64,000 nt of DNA, taken from assembly GCA_050950285.1 (NCBI GenBank), contig JBMNHG010000008.1, forward strand, positions 310,001 through 374,000, in the 5' to 3' direction. This DNA is from Kiritimatiellia bacterium. GTDB lineage: Bacteria > Verrucomicrobiota > Kiritimatiellia > RFP12 > JBMNHG01. Every line of letters begins with the position of its first letter. The first letter of the stretch is position 1. The position numbers were made by a program, and so were the translations under genes. Of the stretch, positions 46,882 to 55,840 are shown piece by piece. Under the pieces are notes generated by a model that saw nothing but the letters and a program-made list of their open reading frames with translations, had not been told where the DNA came from and ran no database searches.

Positions 46882-49452
46882 TCAGCCGTTTTCATCGTCG
46901 TCGTCATCGGACCCCATCGCCGCATTATTGGGGACTTCGCCATCGAGGTCAACCAGGATTTCCCTTGGGTCGGATCCGCGGGGCGGGCCGACGATGCCGC
47001 GTTCCTCCATGAGATCCACGAGGCGGGCGGCTCGGGTGTAGCCGATGCGCAGGCGGCGCTGGATGGAGGATGTGGATGCGCGGTGGGTTTCGCGGACGAT
47101 CTGGAGGGCTTTCTGGTAGAGGATTTCGTCGGCGTCGTCCTCGGTGTCGGGGGGGGCGGCTCCGCCTCCGGAATCGCCCCAGGGTCCCGCCGCGGACGGG
47201 AAGCGCGGCGCGCCGCCGAATCCGTTGCGGCGGGATTGGCGGGAGGCGTCGCCGTCCCCTTCGTCCGCCGCATCCAGCTGGTCCTGGACCTCCTGGAGGT
47301 AGCGCGGGGGGCCTTGTCGGCGGATGAAGTCGGTCACGGCCTCGGCGTCCTTGTCGCTGATGTAGGCTCCTTGCGCGCGAAGGATCTTGCTGGCGCGGGG
47401 GTTGAGGAAGAGCATGTCGCCGTGCCCGATGAGCGATTCGGCGCCTTTGCCGTCGAGGATGGTCTTGCTGTCCACCTGCGAGGCCACCTGGAAGGCGATG
47501 CGTCCGGCGATGTTGGCCTTGATGGTGCCGGTGACGACGTTTACGGAGGGGCGCTGGGTGGCGAGGATGAGGTGGATGCCGACGGCGCGGGCCTTGGCGG
47601 CGAGGCGGGCGATGGAATCGTCGACTTCGCGGCCGACCTGGAGCATGATGTCGGCGAGTTCGTCGATGACGATCACGATGTAGGGCATTTTCTCCGGCTT
47701 CCGGAGCGTGTCGGTGTCGAAGAAGTCCTGCTGCACCTGCATGGCGCGGGCGTTGTAGGAGGCGATGTTCTTCACCCCGGCCCTTGCGAGCTCCCGGTAG
47801 CGCCGGTCCATTTCCCGGATGGCCCAGACGAGGCCGAGGGAGACCTTCTTCGGGTCGGATATGATGGGCACGAGGAGGTGGGGGATCGCGTTGTAGTCGG
47901 CGAACTCGACCACCTTGGGATCCACGAGGATGAGGCGCACCTGGTCGGGCGTGCGCGACATGAGGAGGCCCGTGAGGATCGCGTTGATGCAGACGCTCTT
48001 CCCGGAGCCGGTGGCGCCGGCGATGAGCAGGTGGGGGATGGAGGCGAGGTCGAAGACGATGTCGTGCCCGCTGGCGTTCTTGCCGAGGAGCATCGGCAGG
48101 AACATCTTCTTTTCCGCCTCCTTCCACGTGGATCCTTCGAGGATTTCGCGGACGGTCACGGGCGAGGCCTTTTCGTTGGGGATTTCGACGCCGATCACGC
48201 CTTTGCCCGGAATGGGGGCTTCGATGCGGATGCCGGTGGCGTGCAGGCGCATCTCGATGGTCTTGGCCATCGCGGCGATCTGTTCGGGGCGGATGCCCGA
48301 GGCGGGAAGGAGTTCGAAGGTGGTGAGGACGGGGCCCCGCTCGATGTTCGTGACTTCCACGTCGAGGCGGAATTCCTGGAGCGTTTCAACCAAGGTACGC
48401 TGCTTCTTCTCCACGTCGCCGTAGACCGCCTCGGTGGCGGGGGTGGGCGGGAGCAGGTCCAGCGGAGGGAGTTCGTAGGGGAGCGGGGGGGAGGGGTCGG
48501 CTTCATCGCCGGCAGCCCCGGCGCCTCCTGCGGGGCGGGTGCGGGTGGCGGCGGAACGCGGGAGGCGTCCGCCTTCGTCGTCGTCCTCTTCGGCGGCGGC
48601 TTCGGAGCGGGCGAGTTCCTCGGCGGCGCGCCGTTCCTTGTCCGCCTCGATCTCGGCGCGGCGGCGGTTGTCGCGTTCCTCGCGTTCCTCGCGCCTGCGT
48701 TCCTTTTCGGCGCGCTTCTCCTCGCGGACGCGCTCCCTTTCGGCGCGTTTCTCCTCCTGCAGGCGGCGTTTTTCGGCCTTGGCCTCGTCGCGCCGGCGCC
48801 GTTCCTCGCGGATGCGTTCCTGTTCGCCCTCGTCGAGGCGGCGCAGGCGGGCGTCGTTCCAGCGCTCCCGGAGCGATCCGAAGAGCCTTCCGAGGGTGCC
48901 GAATCCGATGAAGAAGGCCAGCGAGGCCACCAGGATCGCGAGCGCCACGAGCGGGCCGCCGATCCGTCCGAGGGCGCGGTCCAGCATCAGGTCCATGATG
49001 AAGTGGCCGAGGATCCCCCCCGCGTTCCCGCCGAGGCCCAGCGGCGTTTGGGCGTTGGCGACCGTTTCGAGGATCCGCCCCTTCGCCCCGAGTTCCTGGA
49101 CGAGGCCGCAGGCGGAGAGGAGGATGAGGCCGGCGCAGACCAGGCGCCGGGGAAGCCGCTGGGTCTTGCCGGCGGCGAACAGGATCCCGAAGACCAGCAT
49201 CCAGACGGGCAGGAGCCACGAGGCGAGGCCGAACAGGAAGTATCCGACCCACGTCAGGCTGGCGCCGACCGGGCCGATGAGGTTCCGCGTGGTCTCGTTC
49301 GGCGGCGTCTGGATAAAGGGCACGTCGGTGCAGTCGTACGAGACCAGCGCCAGCACCGGGAAGATCACGAGCGGGATGAGTACGATGCCGAGAAGGCGAA
49401 GGCGCCACGAAGGGTCGCTGGAGGGCGCGCGTTTGACGGAAGGGGCAGCCAT
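46882..49452 (-). CDS. ftsK: DNA translocase FtsK
   Basis: 4-TM N-terminus, PHLLIAGATGSGKSV, IDELAD, ATQRPSV, gamma domain (QRRLRIGYTRAARL). Confidence 0.96.
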   Translation of the reverse strand: MAAPSVKRAPSSDPSWRLRLLGIVLIPLVIFPVLALVSYDCTDVPFIQTPPNETTRNLIGPVGASLTWVGYFLFGLASWLLPVWMLVFGILFAAGKTQRLPRRLVCAGLILLSACGLVQELGAKGRILETVANAQTPLGLGGNAGGILGHFIMDLMLDRALGRIGGPLVALAILVASLAFFIGFGTLGRLFGSLRERWNDARLRRLDEGEQERIREERRRRDEAKAEKRRLQEEKRAERERVREEKRAEKERRREEREERDNRRRAEIEADKERRAAEELARSEAAAEEDDDEGGRLPRSAATRTRPAGGAGAAGDEADPSPPLPYELPPLDLLPPTPATEAVYGDVEKKQRTLVETLQEFRLDVEVTNIERGPVLTTFELLPASGIRPEQIAAMAKTIEMRLHATGIRIEAPIPGKGVIGVEIPNEKASPVTVREILEGSTWKEAEKKMFLPMLLGKNASGHDIVFDLASIPHLLIAGATGSGKSVCINAILTGLLMSRTPDQVRLILVDPKVVEFADYNAIPHLLVPIISDPKKVSLGLVWAIREMDRRYRELARAGVKNIASYNARAMQVQQDFFDTDTLRKPEKMPYIVIVIDELADIMLQVGREVDDSIARLAAKARAVGIHLILATQRPSVNVVTGTIKANIAGRIAFQVASQVDSKTILDGKGAESLIGHGDMLFLNPRASKILRAQGAYISDKDAEAVTDFIRRQGPPRYLQEVQDQLDAADEGDGDASRQSRRNGFGGAPRFPSAAGPWGDSGGGAAPPDTEDDADEILYQKALQIVRETHRASTSSIQRRLRIGYTRAARLVDLMEERGIVGPPRGSDPREILVDLDGEVPNNAAMGSDDDDDENG

Positions 49453-49461
49453 GGAGGGGAT

Positions 49462-50682
49462 TTACGGGATGACGGGGCTTGCGGCTTCCCCGGGGGCCGT
49501 TTCGCCGGGCGGGGGCATGGGTTCGGGAAGCGGGCGGGGTGCGTCTTGCGCTCCGCCATCGGGGGTGGCGGGTTCTGTCTCCGGGGCGGCGTCTCCGGCG
49601 GGATCGGATGCCGCCGGAGCATCGAGGGGTTCGGGTTGCTCGACCCGGATGAGCTTCACGCGCGGGGGGTCTACGGAGACGATCTCGACGCTGGTCGAAT
49701 GGAAGGGGATCCAGACGTGCGCCTCCCCGAGGGGGCCTCCGCCGTCGGCCACGTTGACGATGCCGCAGAACTCGTTGGTGCATACGGCGTCGAGGGCGGC
49801 CTTGGGGCCCTTGAGGGTCAGCACCACGTTCGTGGGGACGGTCTGCCAGACGGCGGCGACTCCGCCTGCCTCCTGCGTCAGGCGCACGGCGACGTTGGAG
49901 ATCGAGCGGGTTTCGAAGGTTTTCGAAAGGTAGACGCTGACATTCACTTCGGCGGGTTCGACCGTCACGCCAAGAAGGTCCGTGGGGAGTTGCACGGGGG
50001 CGACGCAGGTGAAGTCCTGGGCGCGGCCTTCGAGGTCGATCGGCGCCGTCGTGAGGATGAGGCCGTCCTTGTGCAGGGGGTCGAGCAGCGATTGCGATCC
50101 GCGGAGGGTGACCTCCTTGGGTTCGAACTCGATGCGGACGTTGCGGTCCGGGACGGGGTTTCCGATGGTGGGGGGCGTCTCCAGGCGGAAGGTCAATTCC
50201 GAGCTCTTGTCGAAGTAGACGTCCACGAAGGGAGGGTCGAAGGAGGAGACGCGGGGGCCCCGGACGCCCTGGATCCGCCCGTACTTCAGGCGGAAGGGGA
50301 GGGCGTCCCCGTAGGCGACGGGCTGTTTCTTGCGCCGCTTGACCAGTTCCGAGTAGGGGATCTCCAGCTTGAGGTTCCTGCCGTCGCCCAGCCTCTCGAT
50401 GTCGGACCGGTCCCCATGGAAGGTCACCTGCACCCTGTCGCGGCCCAGGCGGATGGATTCGCCGGCGGGCGGGGCCCCGCGCGACAGGAGCGACTCGTAG
50501 CGGATCTCGATCGGGACGGTCAGCGTTTTCTTGTGGTTCAACTGCTCCTGCACGGAGAAGAAGACCAGGGTGGCGATCACGGCGGAGGGGAGCAGATAGG
50601 CCCATTCCCGGGCGAACCATTCTCCGAGCTGGGCGCCGTAGCGGCGGACGATGGCCAGGAAGGGGCGGAGGCGGTTTCTCAT
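49462..50682 (-). CDS. cdaR: CdaR/YbbR-domain protein, ~406 aa
   Basis: One TM helix, repeated P..V.L.G modules; overlaps the cdaA stop. Confidence 0.7.
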   Translation of the reverse strand: MRNRLRPFLAIVRRYGAQLGEWFAREWAYLLPSAVIATLVFFSVQEQLNHKKTLTVPIEIRYESLLSRGAPPAGESIRLGRDRVQVTFHGDRSDIERLGDGRNLKLEIPYSELVKRRKKQPVAYGDALPFRLKYGRIQGVRGPRVSSFDPPFVDVYFDKSSELTFRLETPPTIGNPVPDRNVRIEFEPKEVTLRGSQSLLDPLHKDGLILTTAPIDLEGRAQDFTCVAPVQLPTDLLGVTVEPAEVNVSVYLSKTFETRSISNVAVRLTQEAGGVAAVWQTVPTNVVLTLKGPKAALDAVCTNEFCGIVNVADGGGPLGEAHVWIPFHSTSVEIVSVDPPRVKLIRVEQPEPLDAPAASDPAGDAAPETEPATPDGGAQDAPRPLPEPMPPPGETAPGEAASPVIP

Positions 50683-51533
50683 GCGTGGGCCTCCGGGGTG
50701 GGCGGGGGTGGCGGGGTTTCTCCGCCGTCCTCTTCGCCGAGGGCGAGGAAACGGCGCCAGGTGTCGGTGACCTTGGCGGGTGTCGTGGCTCCCAGGAAGC
50801 GCCGGAGGTTGCGGGGGGAGAGGGGCGGGGTGTAGTGGCTTTCGCAGAAGATGCGGATTTCGCCGGTCTCCTCGGAGACGACGACGACGACGGCGTCGGT
50901 CTGTTCGCTCAGCCCGAGGGCCGCGCGATGGCGCGTGCCGCGGTTCTCGAGCCCCTTCAACTCGGAAAGGGGCGTTTCGGAGGGCGGGAAGACGCACCGC
51001 ACGGCGTAGATCGTGTTGCCGACGATCGTCACCCCTCCGTCGTGGAGCGGCGCGTTGGGATAGAAGATGCTGGCCAGAAGGTCGGCATTGAGGGGGGCTT
51101 CGAGCCGGATGCCGCCCTCTTCGTAGCTTCGGAGTTTCATGTTGCGTTCGATGGCGATGATGGCGCCATGCCGGAGCAGGGCCAGGCGTTCCACGGCAGT
51201 CGCGATCTTCTCGACGCGGTCCTTGCGGGAGGTTTCGGTCTCGACGGCGAAGCGCCAGCTTCCGAGGTGCGCCAGGGCGTGGCGGATCTCGGGCTGGAAG
51301 ATCACGACGAGGGCCAGCGACAGGGAGAGGAACAGCCAGCGCAGCAGCCACCCGATCACATCGAGGCGGAAGACGGCGGTCAGGAAGAGGGTGGCCGACA
51401 GGCCCACCGCCAGCCCCAGCAGCATCTGCGCGCTTCGCGTGCCGCGGAAGAAGCGGAGGAAGCGATGGATGGCGAGCGTGAGCAGCAGGATCTGGAAGAG
51501 CGCGCCGAAGAATCCGTCGAAGGATGGGGTCAT
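50679..51533 (-). CDS. cdaA: Membrane diadenylate cyclase CdaA/DacA, ~284 aa
   Basis: Three TM helices, IFQPEIR, IFYPNAPLHDG, GTRHRAALGLSE..DA...VSEETG. Confidence 0.92.
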   Translation of the reverse strand: MTPSFDGFFGALFQILLLTLAIHRFLRFFRGTRSAQMLLGLAVGLSATLFLTAVFRLDVIGWLLRWLFLSLSLALVVIFQPEIRHALAHLGSWRFAVETETSRKDRVEKIATAVERLALLRHGAIIAIERNMKLRSYEEGGIRLEAPLNADLLASIFYPNAPLHDGGVTIVGNTIYAVRCVFPPSETPLSELKGLENRGTRHRAALGLSEQTDAVVVVVSEETGEIRIFCESHYTPPLSPRNLRRFLGATTPAKVTDTWRRFLALGEEDGGETPPPPPTPEAHA

Positions 51534-51713
51534 GGGGACGCCTCCTTCCCTTTCCCTGCGGCGGGGGCGGCTTCCGCCGCCGGCGCCGGGCGGGCCTCCC
51601 GCACGTCGTGCGCGCAGCAACGAACCCGTGCGCCGCCCGTCCCCAGCGGACGGGCGAAGCCGCGGCAACGCCAATGGGAAGGTCTATCGGGTTTGGACGG
51701 CATCGCGGTACGC

Positions 51714-54089
51714 TCAGGCCTCCGGCGCAACGGGGTTGGCGGGTTCGTCCATGCCGGCGGGGATCGCGCGGATCCAGGCGCGGACCGCGTCGTCGATGGG
51801 TTCGACGGCGACGACCGTGGCCGAAACGTCGCCCTCTTCGCTGGGCACCGTCACGTCGTCGCCGGGCTTGTGGCCTTCGAGGCTGAGCGCGAGGCCGCTC
51901 TTGTTCGAGTAGATGCGGAGCGCCTCGTCGTGGTCCCATTCGCCCAGGATGGTGCAGACGTGCGTGGTGCCGTCGGCGGTGCGGAGGGTGACGCGCGAGC
52001 CCATGCCGGCGGCCACGGGGGCGCACTCCGCGAAATCCGTCGCCCGGACGCCCCGGAGCTCCTCCTCGAGCGTGTCGCGGCGCTGGTTGAGGATGCGCTC
52101 GTTGTCCTTCGCGCTCTGGTACTCGAAGTTCTCGCTGAGGTCGCCGTAGGCCTTGGCCTCGACGATCGCCTTCACATTCTCCGGGATCTCCACCTTCACC
52201 AGGTGTTCGAGGACCTGCTCGCGCTCGATGCGGGAGCGGGTCGACGTCCAGCGGTCCGCGGGCCTCGAGGGGTCGGGCCTGTCGCCCGGCGCGACGTCGT
52301 GCGCCTTGCGCACCTTGAGCGCCGCGTTCTCCTTGATCATGCGCCCGATGATGCCGCGCTGCATGGCGGGATCCCAGGAGGAGCTTCGGACGCGGTCGAA
52401 GATGGCCTCCTGCTGGAGTTCGGGAAGGGTGGCGAAGATGCCGCGGAACCAGTCGCCCTCCGCCTCCTTCCGTCCGCCGGTGCGGGAGAGGAGGCCTTCC
52501 ACGGCGTTGCGCATCCGGAGCGATTCGCCGGAAAGGTTCGCGTTCTCGAAGAGGGAGAGGGCGGCGCCGAGCAGCTCGTAGTTGGAGGGGAGCATCCATC
52601 CGTCGATCGACCGCAGGCTCTCGCGGTCGCGCAAGGTCCAGAGGTTGCGGAGCACCCATACCAGCACGGTCGGCGGCGGGGTTGGCCGGGACAGCAGGTC
52701 GCGCAGGCGCAGGCGGGCGGCGTAGCCGGGGTCTTTCCTGCGGAAGCGGTCCAGCACTTCGGAGGCCATCGCGTAGTTCATCGACTCCAGGTCGTCCAGG
52801 AGGTGCGCCCGGGCCTCGTCGTCGCCGTCGACCAGGAAGGTGACCAGCTGCCCCACGTCGCGGGCGGACAGTTTTCCGGCGGCCTGGAGGTAGCGCTTTT
52901 CCTGCCAGAGCTGGTCGCGCAGGCGGTCGGCCGTGGAACGGGGAGCCTCCGCCACCGGGGCCTCCGCCTCTTCCGACGCCGGCGGATCCCGGGGGATCTC
53001 GATGCCGAGGCGCGCCGTTGCCACCGCCAGCCGCGCGTACAGCGGGTGGTCGATGTTGCGGGCGCCGGTGAGGGCGAAGGCGAGCCGGTTCGCGACGGTC
53101 TCCCTCGCGGCTTCGCCGGCGAGGGTCTCCTCCGCCTTCGCCTCGAGAACGAGCACCTGCTCGAGGATCTTCTCGGGGTCGCGCAGGCTGGCGAAGGCGG
53201 AGTACCATGTGTTGTCTCCCACCTTCGGAGGCTGCGCGTGCAGGACGATCGGGTCGGAACGCTTCGCCGGGATCTCCACGAGTTCGTCGCCCTTGAGCGC
53301 CTTGCGGGCGGCATCCCAGAAGCGCTTCCAGCCGTCCGAGGGCCTGGACACCTTCCCGTCCTTGCCGGAACCCGCCGGTGCGGGCGTCTTCCTCCCGGCC
53401 AGCGGAACGATGCCGTGTTCAGCCAGAAGCGTCTCCAGGCGCATGGCGCTCATGTCCCCGAAGCTGGACAGCATGTCGCGTACGACCTCGCCGGGGCGGG
53501 TGTCGATCTTCTCGACGTAGGCGTCGCGGTCTTTCAGGAACTTGACGAGGATGTGGTCCTCCGGGGGGATCTCCAGCGCTTCGGCCGCATAGGCGAAGGT
53601 GAGCGCATGGTTCTTCTTGGTGGAGAAGTCGATCACGGCGCGCTTGTAGAAGTCGTCCATGCGGCGGATCACGCCTGCGCCCCAGGTGCGGTCGAGGCAC
53701 ACGGTGCCCGGCGTGCAGGCGAGGAGCACGCCCAGGCGGCGCATCGATTCGGCGAAGCGGATCGTGCCGAAGCCGCAGCTCTCCACGCAGGCGAGGAAGA
53801 GGCGGTCCTTGCTGGCGCGCCGGAGGTCGGCGAACGCGGAACCGGCGAACGCGGCATCGAGTTCGGCCCAGCCAGACCAGAGCGTGAAGAGGTCCACGAG
53901 ACCCGGCGCGTCGGCGGTTTCGACAAGGCGCTCGCGCAAGAGCATGGCCAACTGGAGGGCCAGGTTCGCCTGCCCCCCCTCCATCGCCTCGCGCAACAGG
54001 TCCAGGCACTCGCCGGCCGGCACCGGGGATTCGCCGACGACAGCCAGAAAACGGGATTCAAGGGTAGGGGTGGCGTCGGTTTCGTCCAT
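51714..54089 (-). CDS. greA: GreA-family elongation factor with long N-terminal extension, 791 aa
   Basis: C-terminal EIPEN..AI..A...GDLSENFEY..AK, TILGEWD. Confidence 0.85.
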   Translation of the reverse strand: MDETDATPTLESRFLAVVGESPVPAGECLDLLREAMEGGQANLALQLAMLLRERLVETADAPGLVDLFTLWSGWAELDAAFAGSAFADLRRASKDRLFLACVESCGFGTIRFAESMRRLGVLLACTPGTVCLDRTWGAGVIRRMDDFYKRAVIDFSTKKNHALTFAYAAEALEIPPEDHILVKFLKDRDAYVEKIDTRPGEVVRDMLSSFGDMSAMRLETLLAEHGIVPLAGRKTPAPAGSGKDGKVSRPSDGWKRFWDAARKALKGDELVEIPAKRSDPIVLHAQPPKVGDNTWYSAFASLRDPEKILEQVLVLEAKAEETLAGEAARETVANRLAFALTGARNIDHPLYARLAVATARLGIEIPRDPPASEEAEAPVAEAPRSTADRLRDQLWQEKRYLQAAGKLSARDVGQLVTFLVDGDDEARAHLLDDLESMNYAMASEVLDRFRRKDPGYAARLRLRDLLSRPTPPPTVLVWVLRNLWTLRDRESLRSIDGWMLPSNYELLGAALSLFENANLSGESLRMRNAVEGLLSRTGGRKEAEGDWFRGIFATLPELQQEAIFDRVRSSSWDPAMQRGIIGRMIKENAALKVRKAHDVAPGDRPDPSRPADRWTSTRSRIEREQVLEHLVKVEIPENVKAIVEAKAYGDLSENFEYQSAKDNERILNQRRDTLEEELRGVRATDFAECAPVAAGMGSRVTLRTADGTTHVCTILGEWDHDEALRIYSNKSGLALSLEGHKPGDDVTVPSEEGDVSATVVAVEPIDDAVRAWIRAIPAGMDEPANPVAPEA

Positions 54090-54566
54090 GTGCGGGATCC
54101 TCTGAAAGTGTTGGCTGGCGGCGGATGGCCTTTGGATAGCAGTCCAGGAAAATGAAGAACAAACAGTCTACCACATGGAGCCCTGTTTGCAAACCGGAAT
54201 CGAGGCCAAAATCGAGAACATCGCCAACGCCCAAAGGGCAGTGCGAATCGCGTTCTTGCCGGACCGGGCGACAAGACATGGCATCTTTCGGACGCCGGAC
54301 AGAAGGCGGATTTCCTCGGTCTATGGTCAAGCCTGTGGATCGAGGGGTGGATGGCGGCACATGCGATATCAAGCTCTCCTACAAGGAGACGCCTCCGGCA
54401 CGGGAAACGTTTGAAAACCGGTATCAAGCGTGGGGAGCATGGGCTGCCGCTCGTCCGGAGCGTTTCCCCCAACGGGGAATTGAATCGGCGCCTGGGGTGG
54501 CGAACGTCCCGGTCCCGGCCCGGGGCCCGCGGTCTCCGCGTTCCGGCTTCTCCGTCCGTCCTTGAG

Positions 54567-54610
54567 GTTAGAATACCGTTAGCATACCGTGAGAACGTCG
54601 TGAGGGTCAT
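54567..54610 (+). promoter_or_regulatory. Four tandem 11-bp direct repeats upstream of the giant surface protein
   Basis: GTTAGAATACC GTTAGCATACC GTGAGAACGTC GTGAGGGTCAT. Confidence 0.4.
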
Positions 54611-55840
54611 CGGGATATGGACAAACGTTCCAAAATATGGAATACTTCCCTACTCCTTCAAAGAGGTGTAGCATCGCACTAACGACGGGGGACAAGCAAT
54701 GACCTTCAGAAGCATGTTCAGCAAAACCACCACCGCTGGCTTCCGACCCACCACCACCTCGGGAGTCCCGTTCCGTAGCGCACGAAGGATTCGCGGTTCG
54801 GCATGCCGCTCGCGCTGTGCCACGCGCTGTGCCATGGGGATCCTTGTGGCCGGCTTCCTCCTGTTGGGTGGGGCACTCCCCGCTTCGGCGATCACCATCA
54901 CGCGGACCTCCGGCGCGATCCTGCAGACCGACATCCCGAAAGGCCTCTCCTGTTCCTATGTCTCGTACATCATCCGGAACGACACGGCGACGGCCTATTC
55001 CAACATCTGGGTAAAGGCCGATAGTTTTACCGGCAACATCGTCTCGCTGGCCGGAGGGGACAGCGGGATGTGCCACGTCGACGATCTTCCGCCGGGGGCG
55101 TACAAGACCGTGTATTTTTTCGTGGGCGCCACGACCACCACCACCCAGCCGCAAAGCCATACGGTCAAGGTCTACGAGGGATATCCGGAGGGTGGTACGC
55201 TGGTCGCCAGCCAGACCTTCGCCCTGACGGTGGCCGCGACGGGCGAGAACAACTCGAGCAAGGTCCATACCGTGACCTACGGCCCGAATCCGCCGACGGT
55301 CGGCGGCACGGTGCTGGTACAGGTGACGGGCGACGCCGGCAACGTCAAAAGCGGCGATCTGGTGAACTTCAGCCCCGCGGTTTTCGAAACCTGGAATGCG
55401 GGGGCCTTCCAGCTTTGCGACGTGACGCTGGCGCTGACCAACAAGAACGGCCAGGCACAGACGGTCACCGACTACCTGCAGTTGCCGGCCGACGTTGTGC
55501 AAGGGTCCGGCGGCCAGCTCACCTACACCGCCTACTATGAGTTCAAGGCGCTGGTCGAGACCGCGCAGAACACGCCGGTCAGCCCGATGACCTATGCCAC
55601 GCAGAACAGCAAGAGCTCGCACCCCAAGACCGACGGCTATCGGTCTTTTCCAGCCGATCCAGTCGCCGGTCAACACCACGGTGCTCGCCAAGCTGGCCGA
55701 CGTCACGCGGGCCTATACCAACGAGATCGTGACCTACACCGTGCGCTTCACCAACAGCGGGCCGAACGACATGACCATCGACCGCGTTGTCGACACCCTG
55801 CCGCCGCACATGGCGTACCTGCCGGGCAGCTCGCGGCTTG

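Noticed and set aside
73..54155. Many long Arg/Gly/Pro-rich ORFs (e.g. 73-1791, 9281-11842, 19981-23979, 47083-50835, 50685-54155)
   Set aside because: Antisense or off-frame shadows of real genes, expected at this GC content; no motifs.
54152..54565. Short ORFs and a possible riboswitch in the greA-SdrD intergenic region
   Set aside because: No protein motifs, atypical codon use, and no c-di-GMP or c-di-AMP riboswitch consensus recognisable by eye; an Rfam search is needed to exclude one.
54402..54632. LacI-like AAACGTT sites
   Set aside because: Imperfect palindromes and no regulator nearby.
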